From NCBI GenBank assembly GCA_046566325.1, contig JBKHWX010000121.1:1-38370 (forward strand): a stretch of DNA of 38,370 bases. Direction: 5' to 3'. The notes below the pieces were generated by a model. It was not told where the DNA came from and ran no database searches. It was given only the letters and a program-made list of their open reading frames with translations. Of the stretch, positions 27,699-37,515 are shown one piece after another (position 1 is the first letter of the stretch; each line of letters starts with the position of its first letter). The stretch is from Actinomycetes bacterium. Its GTDB lineage: Bacteria > Actinomycetota > Actinomycetes > Actinomycetales > BWSM-131. A program made the translations under genes and the position numbers.

Positions 27699-29642
27699 TC
27701 AGCCGTCACCGCGCTTCTTGGCTCCGCCGAGGAGGCGACCATCCGAACCGGGGCGGAGGCGGCGGCCAACCCGTCGTACTGCCTGGTCGACCCTCACACC
27801 CGGCAGCGAAGCGAGCGCCTCGTACTCGAGGCGCAGCTCCTCTCTCTCCATCCGAGCCCCGAAGAGAAGGTCACCCGTAGCGAGAAGCTCCGCCTCGAGC
27901 GAGTGGACCCGGTCCACCAGCTCCTGGATCTCGTGCTGCACCTCGCCGAGCCGCTGCTCCGCGGCGCTGAAGGCGGTCCGCAGCTCCTCCGCGCGGGCAG
28001 GAAGCCGTCTGCCCAGGGGCAGGTCCTCCAGCGCGACCTCGAGGTTGGCGGCGAGGGACTCCTCGTGGAAGCGCCGGATGCCTTCCTCGTCGCCGGACAG
28101 GCCGGGGTTGAGGTGCACCCGCGCCTGCAGTTCCGCCTCCTGGGCGAGCAGCGGTGCCAGCCACGCGTCGTCCTCGTGCTGCCCCGCAACCCTGGCCAGC
28201 AGGGTCACGACGTCCCGAACGGTCGAGCAGGTCGGCCACCGCGACGGGGGTGTCCTGGGCGCGAGCCGCACGCCCAGCCAGTACAGACCGCGGTCGACCA
28301 CCCACGACGTGGGCCCCGAGGCGGAGCCCCACTCCTCGTCGATGACCACCAGCTCGCCGTCAGGCGCGACGACGAGGTTGTGGGGCACGAGGTCGATCGG
28401 GCACTCGCCGTCCCTCTCGCGGCTGCGCAGCAGCTCGACCCACGTCCGGAGCTCGGCGGACAGCGTCTCGTCCGACCAGTACCCTGCCGCGTCGACGAAG
28501 TCGGTCCCGGGCTGCATCGCCGCACGGCTGCCGTCGACGTCCAAGCCACCCCCGGCCGACGCGCTGAGGGCGCGCCTCACGAAGGCGAGGTCTCCTGAGG
28601 GTTCGGCCACCAGCCTGGTGTCCGTCGCGAAGCGGCTCGCGCGGCCCACCGAGAAGAAGGCGGCCAGCTGGTCCCGCGGCCAGAGCGCCGAGCCCTCGCC
28701 GTCGCGGCCGGCGACGACCAGCAGGGAGTTGCCCGTCTGGTCCGCCAGGCCGGCGTCCACCAGCTGGCCCCAGACGCACCGCTCGTCGGCGAGGTGGGGT
28801 CGGGGCACGACCCAGTCGGGACTCGGAAAGTCGGGGAGCCGCTTCAGCAGCGAGGGCTCCCGCTGGCCGAGCTTGCCGCTCAGGACCGTGCGGGTGAGCT
28901 TGTAGTCCGGGAAGACCTGGAAGACCTGGACGTCTCGGAGGCCGGCGCCGTCCACCAGCCGCTCGAGCTGACGGCGGGAGAAGGTGCGCGCGGGCCCCGG
29001 CGTCGGGTAGCCCTCGATCGACTGGAACAGGGCGCCGCTGTGGTCCTCCGGCGCGCCCACCAGGTACTTCACCCCGAGCGCGTTCTCGATGGCGAGCACG
29101 AGCCGCCCACCGGGGTTCAGCAGCCGTTCGATGCTCTGCAGGAACGTGCTGTACGGCTCCTCGTGCGGATCCCCGGAGCCGACGTACTCGAGCACGCCGA
29201 TCACGAGGACGACGTCGTAGCTCGCCTCCTGCGGAACGTCGTCGAGCTCGCCCACGAACACCTCGACGTTCGGCAGGTCGCGCGTGCGGGCCCTCGCCAC
29301 GCGAGCCCTGCTCGCCGCCGGCTCGAGCGCGTCGACGAGCCCACACGTCTCGCCCACGTAACGGGTCACCGCTCCGCAACCAGCTCCGATCTCGAGCACG
29401 GCGGCGTCACGAGGCAGGTCGAGGCTGCGCAGGACGTTCGCTCGCGCGGGGTCGAGGTGGTAACGCGTGGGCCAGTCCGCGGCCCGGGAGACGAGGCCGT
29501 CGCTGAGCGTGCCCAGCTCGGTCGTCTCCGACACCCACTCCAGGAGCGTCTCCTCGGAGCCGTCGCGGTAGTCGGAGCCGGTGTCGGAGAGGACGATGCA
29601 GCCGTAGGGGTCCCGTCGTCCCAGGCCCCTCACCGCCGTCAC
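27699..29642 (-). CDS. Methyltransferase + kinase-like + coiled-coil protein (WbdD-like chain terminator)
   Basis: VLEIGAGCG, IGVLEY, AIEN; IDLVPHN...VIDEEW; heptad-rich C-terminus and a basic amphipathic tail. Confidence 0.78.
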   Translation of the reverse strand: MTAVRGLGRRDPYGCIVLSDTGSDYRDGSEETLLEWVSETTELGTLSDGLVSRAADWPTRYHLDPARANVLRSLDLPRDAAVLEIGAGCGAVTRYVGETCGLVDALEPAASRARVARARTRDLPNVEVFVGELDDVPQEASYDVVLVIGVLEYVGSGDPHEEPYSTFLQSIERLLNPGGRLVLAIENALGVKYLVGAPEDHSGALFQSIEGYPTPGPARTFSRRQLERLVDGAGLRDVQVFQVFPDYKLTRTVLSGKLGQREPSLLKRLPDFPSPDWVVPRPHLADERCVWGQLVDAGLADQTGNSLLVVAGRDGEGSALWPRDQLAAFFSVGRASRFATDTRLVAEPSGDLAFVRRALSASAGGGLDVDGSRAAMQPGTDFVDAAGYWSDETLSAELRTWVELLRSRERDGECPIDLVPHNLVVAPDGELVVIDEEWGSASGPTSWVVDRGLYWLGVRLAPRTPPSRWPTCSTVRDVVTLLARVAGQHEDDAWLAPLLAQEAELQARVHLNPGLSGDEEGIRRFHEESLAANLEVALEDLPLGRRLPARAEELRTAFSAAEQRLGEVQHEIQELVDRVHSLEAELLATGDLLFGARMEREELRLEYEALASLPGVRVDQAVRRVGRRLRPGSDGRLLGGAKKRGDG

Positions 29643-29864
29643 CCGGGCACGCTACCAGGACGAACCACCCGGACGACGTGCTGGCGGCGGGGCGCACGCA
29701 TCGTGCCCGCTGCTGCTTTGCGCACGGCGAGGACGGTCTCGCGCCTGGTCATCGCAGGAGCTCCCGCGACGGACGAAGGCGTATCGCCATACTCGCCCAT
29801 CCCTGCCAAACTCTGACAACTTGTACAGTGGGGAAGATTCGCCACAAAGGCCCTGGAGTTCCTC

Positions 29865-30755
29865 ATGCCGGTCGACATTCTGGTGCCGTTCTACGGCGAC
29901 CCGGGGCTGTTGCGGCAGACGGTCGCGAGCGTCCAGGCCCAGCTGAACAAGGAATGGCATCTGACCGTCGTCGACGACGGGTACGACGACCCGGGCGTCA
30001 GCCACTGGTTCGACCAGCTGCAGGACGCGCGTGTGACGTATATCCGCAACGAGCAGAACCTCGGAGCGAACGCCAACTACGTCAAGTGCGTGAGCCTGGC
30101 CACCCACGACGCGTTCGTCGTCCTCGGCGCCGACGACCTTCTGCTCCCCAACTTCGTCGACGTCGTCCTGCGTGCACGCCGACAGTTTCCCGGTGCGGCC
30201 GTCGTCCAGCCTGGTGTCGTGGTCATCGGTCAGGACAGCCGGCCGAGACGCACCCTCGTGGACTCCGGCAAGCGCCGGTACGCGCCGAGGGTCACGGCAC
30301 CTACCGTGCTGGGCGGCGAGGAGCTGGCGAACAGCCTGATGCGAGGCAACTGGTTGTACTTCCCGTCACTGTGCTTCGACCGGCGGGCGGTGCAGCACGT
30401 CGACTTTCGTGCGGGGCTGGACGTGGTGCAGGACTTGGCCCTGGTCCTCGACCTCATGATGCGCGGAGAGAGATTGGTCGTGGACCCTGAGGTGTGCTTC
30501 GCCTACCGGCGGCACACGGGGAGCGACTCCTCCCAGCGAGCCCTCGAGGGCACGCGGTTCACCGAGGAGGGGGAGTACTTCCTCGAGGTCGCCGACGAGC
30601 TGCAGGCGCTCGGCTGGCATCGCGCCGCCCGGACGGCGCGTCGTCACCTGTCCTCGAGGCTCAACGCCGCGACGATGCTCCCCGCCGCGCTTCGCACGCG
30701 CCGTCTCAGCGGGGCGCGCAGGCTCGGCCGCCATGTGATGCGTCGACCGACCTGA
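29865..30755 (+). CDS. Glycosyltransferase family 2
   Basis: DILVPFYGD, VVDDGY, RNEQNLG, LGADD, YFPS, QDL, FAYRRH. GGAG RBS. Confidence 0.9.
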   Translation: MPVDILVPFYGDPGLLRQTVASVQAQLNKEWHLTVVDDGYDDPGVSHWFDQLQDARVTYIRNEQNLGANANYVKCVSLATHDAFVVLGADDLLLPNFVDVVLRARRQFPGAAVVQPGVVVIGQDSRPRRTLVDSGKRRYAPRVTAPTVLGGEELANSLMRGNWLYFPSLCFDRRAVQHVDFRAGLDVVQDLALVLDLMMRGERLVVDPEVCFAYRRHTGSDSSQRALEGTRFTEEGEYFLEVADELQALGWHRAARTARRHLSSRLNAATMLPAALRTRRLSGARRLGRHVMRRPT

Positions 30756-30825
30756 AGGCGGACGAGCCGGTTCTGGAGGACTTGCGGGCTAGAGGAGTGC
30801 GGGAACACCGGCCCGGACAGGAATG

Positions 30826-30990
30826 GTCCCCCTCCGTGACACCGCGAACGTGGCCATGGAGTCCCACCGCGAAGGCACGGTGCCGTTGGCGTAGAACGTC
30901 AGATCGGCGGTGAGGGTGTCCGCGACGAGAGCGCCGCGCTCGCCGGTCACCATCACCGACCGCTCCTTCACGGGGGACAGCCAGTTGAAG
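30826..30990 (-). pseudogene. Frameshifted internal fragment of a Gfo/Idh/MocA-type (WbpB/WlbA-like) nucleotide-sugar oxidoreductase
   Basis: NWLSPVKERSVMVTGERGALVADTLTADLTFYANG...WDSMATF continues as RGVTEGD in another frame. No N-terminal Rossmann domain. Confidence 0.65.
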
Positions 30991-31021
30991 AGCAGCACCA
31001 ACACGCGCAGTCGGAGACGGC

Positions 31022-32008
31022 TCAGGAAAGCGCAGGGACGACGTCTCTCTCGAACAGCTCGATGCTGGCGCGGTCGTACGCGGCGTCGACGAAGTAGCAG
31101 ATCGCGTAGGCCATGCCCAGCTTGTCCAGCCCCTGGAGGCGCTCGACGACCTGCTCCGGTGTGCCCACGAGCGGACCGGTGCGGAACTGCTGCGTCGCCT
31201 GCTCCGCCCGCTTGGGGGCATAGCGCGAGTAGTGGTCCCGGATCCGGGCCAGGCGGTCCTCGACGTCCCGCTCGGTCTCACCGATGACGACGTTGTAGTT
31301 GGCGGACCTGGTGATCTCGTCGACGTCCCGGCCGACCTCCCGGCAGCGCTCGGCGAGCACCTCCGACTTGTGCGCGAACGTCTCGGGCGTGCCGTCGAAG
31401 TTCGTGTACGTGGCGTACTTGGCCGCGATCCTCAGCGTCTTCTGCTCGCCCCCGCCGGCGATCCAGAGCGGGATACCGCCGGGCTGCAGGGGCAGCGGCC
31501 GGCAGATGGCGCCGTCCACCTGGTAGTACCGCCCGTCGAGCGTCGCCACGCCCGTCGTCCAGAGCTGCCGCATGATCTGCACGCCCTCGTCGAGCATGCC
31601 GAGCCGCTGCCCCGCCCTCGGGAACCCATAGCCGTACGCGCGCCACTCGTGCTCGTACCAGCCACCCCCGATCCCCATCTCGACGCGGCCCACGGAGAGG
31701 ACGTCCACGGTGGCCGCGACCTTCGCCAGGTAGACCGGGTTGCGGTAGCCCATGCACGTGCACATCTGGCCGAGCCGCACCCTCTCGGTGCTCGCCCCGA
31801 GGGCGGACATGAGCGTCCACGCCTCGTGGGTCGCCTCGTCCGTGGGGACCGGGACCGTGTGGAAGTGGTCGTAGACCCACACGGACTCCCAGACGTCCGA
31901 CGCGTCGGCGTGCCGGGCGACGCCCAGCATCGTCCGCCAGTGCTCGGCGGGGTCGATCCCGGCGAGGTCGAGCCGCCAGCCCTGGGGGACGAAAAGTCCG
32001 AAACGCAT
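31022..32008 (-). CDS. LLM-class F420-dependent oxidoreductase
   Basis: MRFGLFVPQGWRLDL, WVYDHFH, RLGQMCTC, YRNP, GIGGGWYEHE, WIAGGGE. Confidence 0.92.
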   Translation of the reverse strand: MRFGLFVPQGWRLDLAGIDPAEHWRTMLGVARHADASDVWESVWVYDHFHTVPVPTDEATHEAWTLMSALGASTERVRLGQMCTCMGYRNPVYLAKVAATVDVLSVGRVEMGIGGGWYEHEWRAYGYGFPRAGQRLGMLDEGVQIMRQLWTTGVATLDGRYYQVDGAICRPLPLQPGGIPLWIAGGGEQKTLRIAAKYATYTNFDGTPETFAHKSEVLAERCREVGRDVDEITRSANYNVVIGETERDVEDRLARIRDHYSRYAPKRAEQATQQFRTGPLVGTPEQVVERLQGLDKLGMAYAICYFVDAAYDRASIELFERDVVPALS

Positions 32009-32027
32009 GCCGGTCACCTTATGGTCG

Positions 32028-33524
32028 TCACGACGAGCACACGGCCTCGAGGTCCTGGGGCGCGCCGGCCGCCGGTGCCTGCGGCTCGCCGCCGGCGGAG
32101 CCGTTGTCCGAGCCGTTCCCGGTCCCGCCGGTTGCGGTGGGCGGCGGCGAGCCGTTCGAGCCGTCCGGCGCCGGCTGCTGTCCCGCGTCGTGCGCGGCCT
32201 CGGACGCCGCGATCCCCTCGGCCACGATCGCCCTGGTCTTGCGGAAGTCCGGGTGCGACGTGTTCACCGCCGGCGGGATCAGCTGGACGCTCGTCACCGG
32301 CTGGGCCTTGGCCTTCAGCGCCAGGTCGACGAAGCTCCCGAGGTGCGACTGCGGGATGTCGGTGCTGATCATCCCCTCGGAGGCCTTGGCAATGTCCTGA
32401 AAGCGCAGGAGCACCGTCTGGGGGTCAAGCTGCGCGAGCATCGCCGACATCACGCACCGCTGCCTGGCCATCCGCTCGTAGTCGGAGCTGCCGAACCGGG
32501 ACCGGGCGAACCACAGTGCGTCCGCGCCGTTCAGCCGCTGGCGCCCGGGCTCGATGAACGCCTTCGCACGTCGGTCGGTGACCGCCGCCTTGGGCACCCG
32601 GGTCTTCACGTCGACCTCAACGCCGCCGAGCGCGTCGACGAGCTGCTCGAAGCCGGCCATGTCGATGAGGGCGTAGTACTGGATCGACAGCCCGGTCACG
32701 CCCTCCGCGGCCAGCTTCACCGCCTCCGCCCCGGAATCCTTCGCCCCCGGGAACAGCTGGGGGTGGTCCTTGCCGTACTTGTAGACGGCGTTGAACAGGC
32801 CCTCGTCGGCGTTGAAGCCGCGCGGGAACTGCTTGGCGAGCACCGAGCCCTCAGGAAACCGCGGGTGCTCCAGGTTGCGTGGGATGCCGATCTGGACGGC
32901 GGCCCCTGTGTTGGCGTCGATGCTGATCACGTTGTTGCTGTCGTTGCGCAGCCCCACCCGGTCCGCCCCGGCGTCCCCGCCGATCAGCAGGATGTTGTAC
33001 CGGCCGTCGACCGCGTCCTTCGCGGTCCCGCCGGCGAACACGGTCGAGATCAGGCTCTGCTGTGCGGACACGAGGTACCCGCCGTAGAGCAGGGGGCCCG
33101 AGGTGCACAGCATGAGGACGACGGTCACGGCGCTGACGACTTTCGCCGCCCCGCCGGGCAGCCGGCTGGGCCGTCCCAGCCGCCAGGCGTCGAGGAACAG
33201 CAGGAGCCACAGGGCCGCCAGCAGCACCAGGACGACGATCATCAGCCAGAGGACAGGCGTGCGCGTGAAGAGGGAGAACAGCAGCGCGCGGTCGAGAGCG
33301 GCGATGAGGAGCAGCACCGCGGCGGTCACGAGCACACCGATGAACACGCGCAGCCCGAGGCGCCCCAGCCGCCGGTTGCCGGCGACGATCTGGGCGCTGC
33401 CCGGGACGACAAGGGTCATCAGGACCAGCCAGAACGCCCGTTTGGTGCGCACGTCCGGCGGGCTGCCGTCCGGATGCCGCAGGGGGTCGGTGGCCGGACG
33501 CGGCGACCGGTAGGTGCTGGTCAC
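32028..33524 (-). CDS. LCP (LytR-CpsA-Psr) family glycopolymer-peptidoglycan ligase
   Basis: N-terminal TMs, RYNILLIGGDAG, GLRNDS, GIPRNL, LVDALGGV, ARSR, SDYERMARQR. Start inferred. Confidence 0.92.
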   Translation of the reverse strand: MTSTYRSPRPATDPLRHPDGSPPDVRTKRAFWLVLMTLVVPGSAQIVAGNRRLGRLGLRVFIGVLVTAAVLLLIAALDRALLFSLFTRTPVLWLMIVVLVLLAALWLLLFLDAWRLGRPSRLPGGAAKVVSAVTVVLMLCTSGPLLYGGYLVSAQQSLISTVFAGGTAKDAVDGRYNILLIGGDAGADRVGLRNDSNNVISIDANTGAAVQIGIPRNLEHPRFPEGSVLAKQFPRGFNADEGLFNAVYKYGKDHPQLFPGAKDSGAEAVKLAAEGVTGLSIQYYALIDMAGFEQLVDALGGVEVDVKTRVPKAAVTDRRAKAFIEPGRQRLNGADALWFARSRFGSSDYERMARQRCVMSAMLAQLDPQTVLLRFQDIAKASEGMISTDIPQSHLGSFVDLALKAKAQPVTSVQLIPPAVNTSHPDFRKTRAIVAEGIAASEAAHDAGQQPAPDGSNGSPPPTATGGTGNGSDNGSAGGEPQAPAAGAPQDLEAVCSS

Positions 33525-33594
33525 AACTGACCAGTATCCGCGATCCCGGAAGGCCGCCGTGCCAGCGGCCGGCGGCGTGTCTAGCGTCGGGACT

Positions 33595-34071
33595 ATGACG
33601 AGCGAACCGATGCAGAACAGGGGCCAGGACCGGGACGAACCGGCCCGCGCGGACAGGCACCGCAACGACCCGGCGGTGGTGCGCCGGCTGCTCACAGAGC
33701 CGGGCCGCTGGGCGGTCGTCGGGCTGAGCACCAACCGCCACCGGACGGCGTACTCGATCGCGCAGTACGTGAAGGACGCGCTGGGCATGCAGATCGTGCC
33801 CGTCCACCCGAAGGCCGAGGCGGTGCACGGCGAGCGTGGCTACGCCCGCCTGGCGGACGTGCCCGAGCCGATCGACGTCGTCGACGTGTTCGTCCGCAGC
33901 GACCTCGCGGGGGACGTGGTCGACCAGGCGATCGCGGCGGGCGCGAAGGCGGTGTGGCTGCAGCTCGGCGTGGTGGACGAGGCAGCCGCCCGACGTGCCA
34001 AAGAGGCGGGGCTGGACGTCGTGATGGACACCTGCCCGGCGATCGAGGCCCCGCGGCTGGGCATTGCCTGA
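33595..34071 (+). CDS. CoA-binding protein (YccU-like)
   Basis: WAVVGLS, IVPVHP, IDVVDVF, AVWLQLGV, VVMDTCP. Confidence 0.92.
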   Translation: MTSEPMQNRGQDRDEPARADRHRNDPAVVRRLLTEPGRWAVVGLSTNRHRTAYSIAQYVKDALGMQIVPVHPKAEAVHGERGYARLADVPEPIDVVDVFVRSDLAGDVVDQAIAAGAKAVWLQLGVVDEAAARRAKEAGLDVVMDTCPAIEAPRLGIA

Positions 34072-34185
34072 CCCCCTTCGCCCCCCGCGTTGATGACGGG
34101 GTCCCGGCCCCACTTCCCCCTTGAATCGTCGGTGATGAAGCAAGGCTCGGTTCACGATTCGGCGGACATGGCGTGTGAGGTGCGG

Positions 34186-34986
34186 ATGCCCCGGTTTCGG
34201 ACCGTGGAGGTGTACCCGATGTCCGGGGGGTGGGACCAACCGTGGATCAAGGGCGACGCTGACGCGGATGCCTTCGCGAAGGTCTCCCGTGGGATCTGCG
34301 ACCTCTACAGCGGGCACCTGGCCGAGGCTGACCTGCGCAATCCCGTCTCTACTTTGCGCATCTTCGTGGGCGCCGAGGCCGACAACGCTCCGCCCGCGTC
34401 CGAGGACGGACGTGCTGGCGTGCTGTCGCCGACCTGGACCGGTCGTCCCCAGGGCTTCGAGCAGGCAGCGGTCCGCGTACCCGCAGGCTTCGCGTTCTGG
34501 GAGCTCGCCAGGCAGCAGCGAGTGGTGCTGGACGCCGTCCATGCAGCCGCCCGTGGGGTCGCCGACCTCCGGGGGCTGGACCGCACCGCGTTCGAGCAGG
34601 CGCGGGAGACGGTCGAAGCGGCGGCCTTCACGTTCACGTGGACAGGGCCCTGGAAGGTCTCGCCTGGCCGGCGGTGGCGTGCCCGCTGCACGTTCCGCAC
34701 GATGCCGGACGGCTTCGGGCGGCTCGTGGTCCAGGTGGCCGGCCCCCAGGATGAGTCGCCGTTCGCATCATCGTCGGAACAAGTGGCCTGGACGACAGCA
34801 GAGGGCTACCGCCGCGCGGCCAAGACGCTTCGCTGGGCCTCACCGCGTCGGCTCGAGGTCATCCCGTCCGTGGGACTCCACGATGTGGTCGGTGGCACGT
34901 TCGTCGCCGAGCTCGGGGCGAGCTCGGAGCACCCCGAGCTTCACGATGTGGAGCTGCCGCCCCCACTGGGCCGCTCGGGCACCTGA
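34186..34986 (+). CDS. Hypothetical protein
   Basis: Open frame with protein-like composition and a GAGGTG RBS before ATG 34186. No recognised motif. Confidence 0.6.
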   Translation: MPRFRTVEVYPMSGGWDQPWIKGDADADAFAKVSRGICDLYSGHLAEADLRNPVSTLRIFVGAEADNAPPASEDGRAGVLSPTWTGRPQGFEQAAVRVPAGFAFWELARQQRVVLDAVHAAARGVADLRGLDRTAFEQARETVEAAAFTFTWTGPWKVSPGRRWRARCTFRTMPDGFGRLVVQVAGPQDESPFASSSEQVAWTTAEGYRRAAKTLRWASPRRLEVIPSVGLHDVVGGTFVAELGASSEHPELHDVELPPPLGRSGT

Positions 34987-35028
34987 CGCCTGCGTCCGGC
35001 CCCTCGTACCGGCAGAGGACCACACCCT

Positions 35029-35583
35029 TCAGCCGGAGCTGAAGCCCGTGACGCTCCCCAGCCGGGATCGCAGCCTTGCGCCCTTGTCCTCCGCCGCGGC
35101 CCGCAGCCCGTCCTGGAACCGACCCATCGCCGTCCGGAGCGCCTCGCCCTGCTCGCCGCCGTCCACGCCGAGGATCCGGACGGCGAGCAGGCCCGCGTTG
35201 CGCGCACCGGCCACCGACACGGTGGCGACGGGGACGCCGGCGGGCATCTGCACGATGGAGAGCAGGGAGTCCATGCCGTCCAGGTGCCGAAGAGGCACGG
35301 GCACTCCGATGACCGGCAGCGGCGTGACCGACGCGAGCATCCCGGGCAGGTGGGCGGCGCCGCCGGCGCCGGCGACGAGCACACGGAGGCCGCGTTCGGC
35401 GGCGGTCCGGCCGTACTCCAGCATCTGCGCCGGCATCCGGTGCGCCGAGACGACGTCGACCTCGTGGGGGACGTCGAACTCGGCCAGCGCCTGGGACGCG
35501 GCCTCCATCACCGGCCAGTCCGAGTCGGAGCCCATCACGACGCCGACCAGTGGCGGACGCGTGCCTCCTGCCTGCAGGCTCAC
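35029..35583 (-). CDS. purE: N5-carboxyaminoimidazole ribonucleotide mutase
   Basis: [41 protein letters not shown]. Confidence 0.96.
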   Translation of the reverse strand: MSLQAGGTRPPLVGVVMGSDSDWPVMEAASQALAEFDVPHEVDVVSAHRMPAQMLEYGRTAAERGLRVLVAGAGGAAHLPGMLASVTPLPVIGVPVPLRHLDGMDSLLSIVQMPAGVPVATVSVAGARNAGLLAVRILGVDGGEQGEALRTAMGRFQDGLRAAAEDKGARLRSRLGSVTGFSSG

Positions 35584-36863
35584 TCGTCGATCACCCCCGT
35601 GATGAAGTCGGCAGCGTGCCGGGCGCGCGCGCGGACGTCGTCCAGGTCGTCTCCGCAGACCGTCACGTGCCCGACCTTGCGACCGGGACGCACCTGCTTG
35701 CCGTAGAGGTGCACCTTGACGCCGGGGTCCCGGGCCATCACGTGCAGGTAGGAGCGGAACAGGTCCGGATGGTCGCCGCCGAGGACGTTGGCCATCACCG
35801 CCCAGCGCGCGCGGGCGCGGGTGTCGCCGAGGGGCAGGTCGAGGACGGCGCGCAGGTGCTGCTCGAACTGGGAGGTCACCGAGCCGTCGATGGTCCAGTG
35901 ACCCGAGTTGTGCGGTCGCATCGCGAGCTCGTTGACCAGCACCTCGCCGTCCGTCGTCTCGAACATCTCGACCGCCATCACACCGGTGACCTCGAGAGCG
36001 GCCGCGATCCGCAGCACGGTTCCGGTCGCCGAGACGGCGACGTCGTCGTCCAGGTTGGGTGCGGGCGCCAGCACCTCGGTGCAGATGCCGTCCGTCTGCA
36101 CGGTCTCGACGACAGGCCACACGGCTGCCTGGCCGGAGGTGCTGCGCGCGATCAGAACCGCGAGCTCGCGGACGAAGTCGACGTTCTCCTCGGCCAGCAG
36201 CGGCTCGCCACCCGCCCGTGCGAACCAGTCGGCGGTCTCCTCCGCGCCGTCCCCGGAGGCGACGAGGCGAACCCCCTTGCCGTCGTATCCGCCCCGGGGG
36301 GTTTTGAGGACCAGCGGCCAACCGGTCCGCTCGCCGAAGCTCCGGAGCTCGCCGACGTCGTGCACCGCGGCCCAGCGGGGGCACGGGATGTCCAGCTCCT
36401 GCATCCGCCGGCGCATCACGAGCTTGTCCTGGGCGTGCACGAGAGCGTCCGCGCCGGGCCGGACGGCCACTCCCTCGGACTCGAGCTTGCGCAGGTGCTC
36501 GTTCGGCACGTGCTCGTGGTCGAAGGTGAGGGCAGCCGCGCCGTCCGCGAGCCCCTGCAGTGCGGGAAGGTCGGTGTGGTGGCCGATCCGGGTGTCGACG
36601 ATGACCTGGGCCGCGCTGTCGTCCTCGTCGACGGAGAGCAGGCGGAGCCGTACGCCGAGCGGGATCGCGGCCTGCTGCATCATCCGTGCCAGCTGCCCCC
36701 CGCCCACGACGGCGACGACGGGAAAGCCACCGGGAACGGTTGCCTGCGCTGGTCCGCGAGCTGTGTCACCGGTCGACGTCACCGACGAGATCTCGGCCTC
36801 CGCGTGACCGGAGACCGGCTGAGCGGGGGTGCTCCCGCTGCCGGAGGGCAAAGAGCTGGACAC
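35580..36863 (-). CDS. purK: N5-carboxyaminoimidazole ribonucleotide synthase
   Basis: [42 protein letters not shown]. Confidence 0.96.
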   Translation of the reverse strand: MSSSLPSGSGSTPAQPVSGHAEAEISSVTSTGDTARGPAQATVPGGFPVVAVVGGGQLARMMQQAAIPLGVRLRLLSVDEDDSAAQVIVDTRIGHHTDLPALQGLADGAAALTFDHEHVPNEHLRKLESEGVAVRPGADALVHAQDKLVMRRRMQELDIPCPRWAAVHDVGELRSFGERTGWPLVLKTPRGGYDGKGVRLVASGDGAEETADWFARAGGEPLLAEENVDFVRELAVLIARSTSGQAAVWPVVETVQTDGICTEVLAPAPNLDDDVAVSATGTVLRIAAALEVTGVMAVEMFETTDGEVLVNELAMRPHNSGHWTIDGSVTSQFEQHLRAVLDLPLGDTRARARWAVMANVLGGDHPDLFRSYLHVMARDPGVKVHLYGKQVRPGRKVGHVTVCGDDLDDVRARARHAADFITGVIDE

Positions 36864-37006
36864 GAACAGGCAGGGTAACCGTGCGCCGGATGCGGTCCCC
36901 GGCGTACCGGGCCATAGTGGTTGGCGCAGTTGCTCGGGGGCGTGGCAGAGCGTCCTCCCCGACGGCCGGATGCTCCGGCCGGATACAGCGGATCGAGGAG
37001 ATGACG

Positions 37007-37186
37007 ATGGTCGAGACGGCAGTCGTGCTGCTCGCCGTCGTCGGCGCGATCGTCTTCGTCATGCGGATGGACGAGGACCCCAACCGGTGGCTGAGCTCAC
37101 GAGCCTCGGCGACCGGGAGGCACCGGCGAACGGACGAGGCACCTGCTCCCGAGACGGGGGCGTCGAGGAGGTCCGTCAGCAGCTGA
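37007..37186 (+). CDS. Small single-pass membrane protein (59 aa)
   Basis: GAGGAG RBS, then MVETAVVLLAVVGAIVFVMRM as one TM followed by a GRHRR motif. Confidence 0.6.
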   Translation: MVETAVVLLAVVGAIVFVMRMDEDPNRWLSSRASATGRHRRTDEAPAPETGASRRSVSS

Positions 37187-37282
37187 CCCGGCGAGCGGTC
37201 TCGCTGTGCTCGGTCGTGCCGAGAGGACGACGACGGCTCTGGGTGTGAGGCCGGGACGGCGGTGGCGTCTGTCTGACGAACT

Positions 37283-37340
37283 TCGCACGCGGGCCGACCT
37301 CGCACGCGGGCCGACCTCGCACGCCGGCCGACCTCGCACG
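37283..37340. repeat. 17-bp intergenic tandem repeat, 3.4 copies
   Basis: tcgcacgcgggccgacc twice, then tcgcacgccggccgacc, then tcgcacg. Confidence 0.9.
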
Positions 37341-37515
37341 GTCGCCACGCGCCGCGCCTGGCCGGCAGCGGTTAGGCCGTCGGGGTGAGCGGGCCGTCGT
37401 CCCTCCTCGTAGGCGTGCGAGAATTGCCCGCGAAGACCCATTCGTGCTCGGGGTGCCGCTAAGGGGAGGTTCGTTGCCCGATCTGGTTCCCCGGGTGGTT
37501 CGACCGCTTGGCCAG

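Noticed and set aside
590-36878. Many long alternative-frame and antisense ORFs in the track (e.g. 904-2121+, 18331-20031+, 22184-24244-, 32851-34542-)
   Set aside because: Arg/Pro/Gly-rich shadow frames expected in high-GC DNA. They overlap well-supported genes.
37283-37340. Possible CRISPR array
   Set aside because: Contiguous 17-bp units with no spacers and no cas genes.
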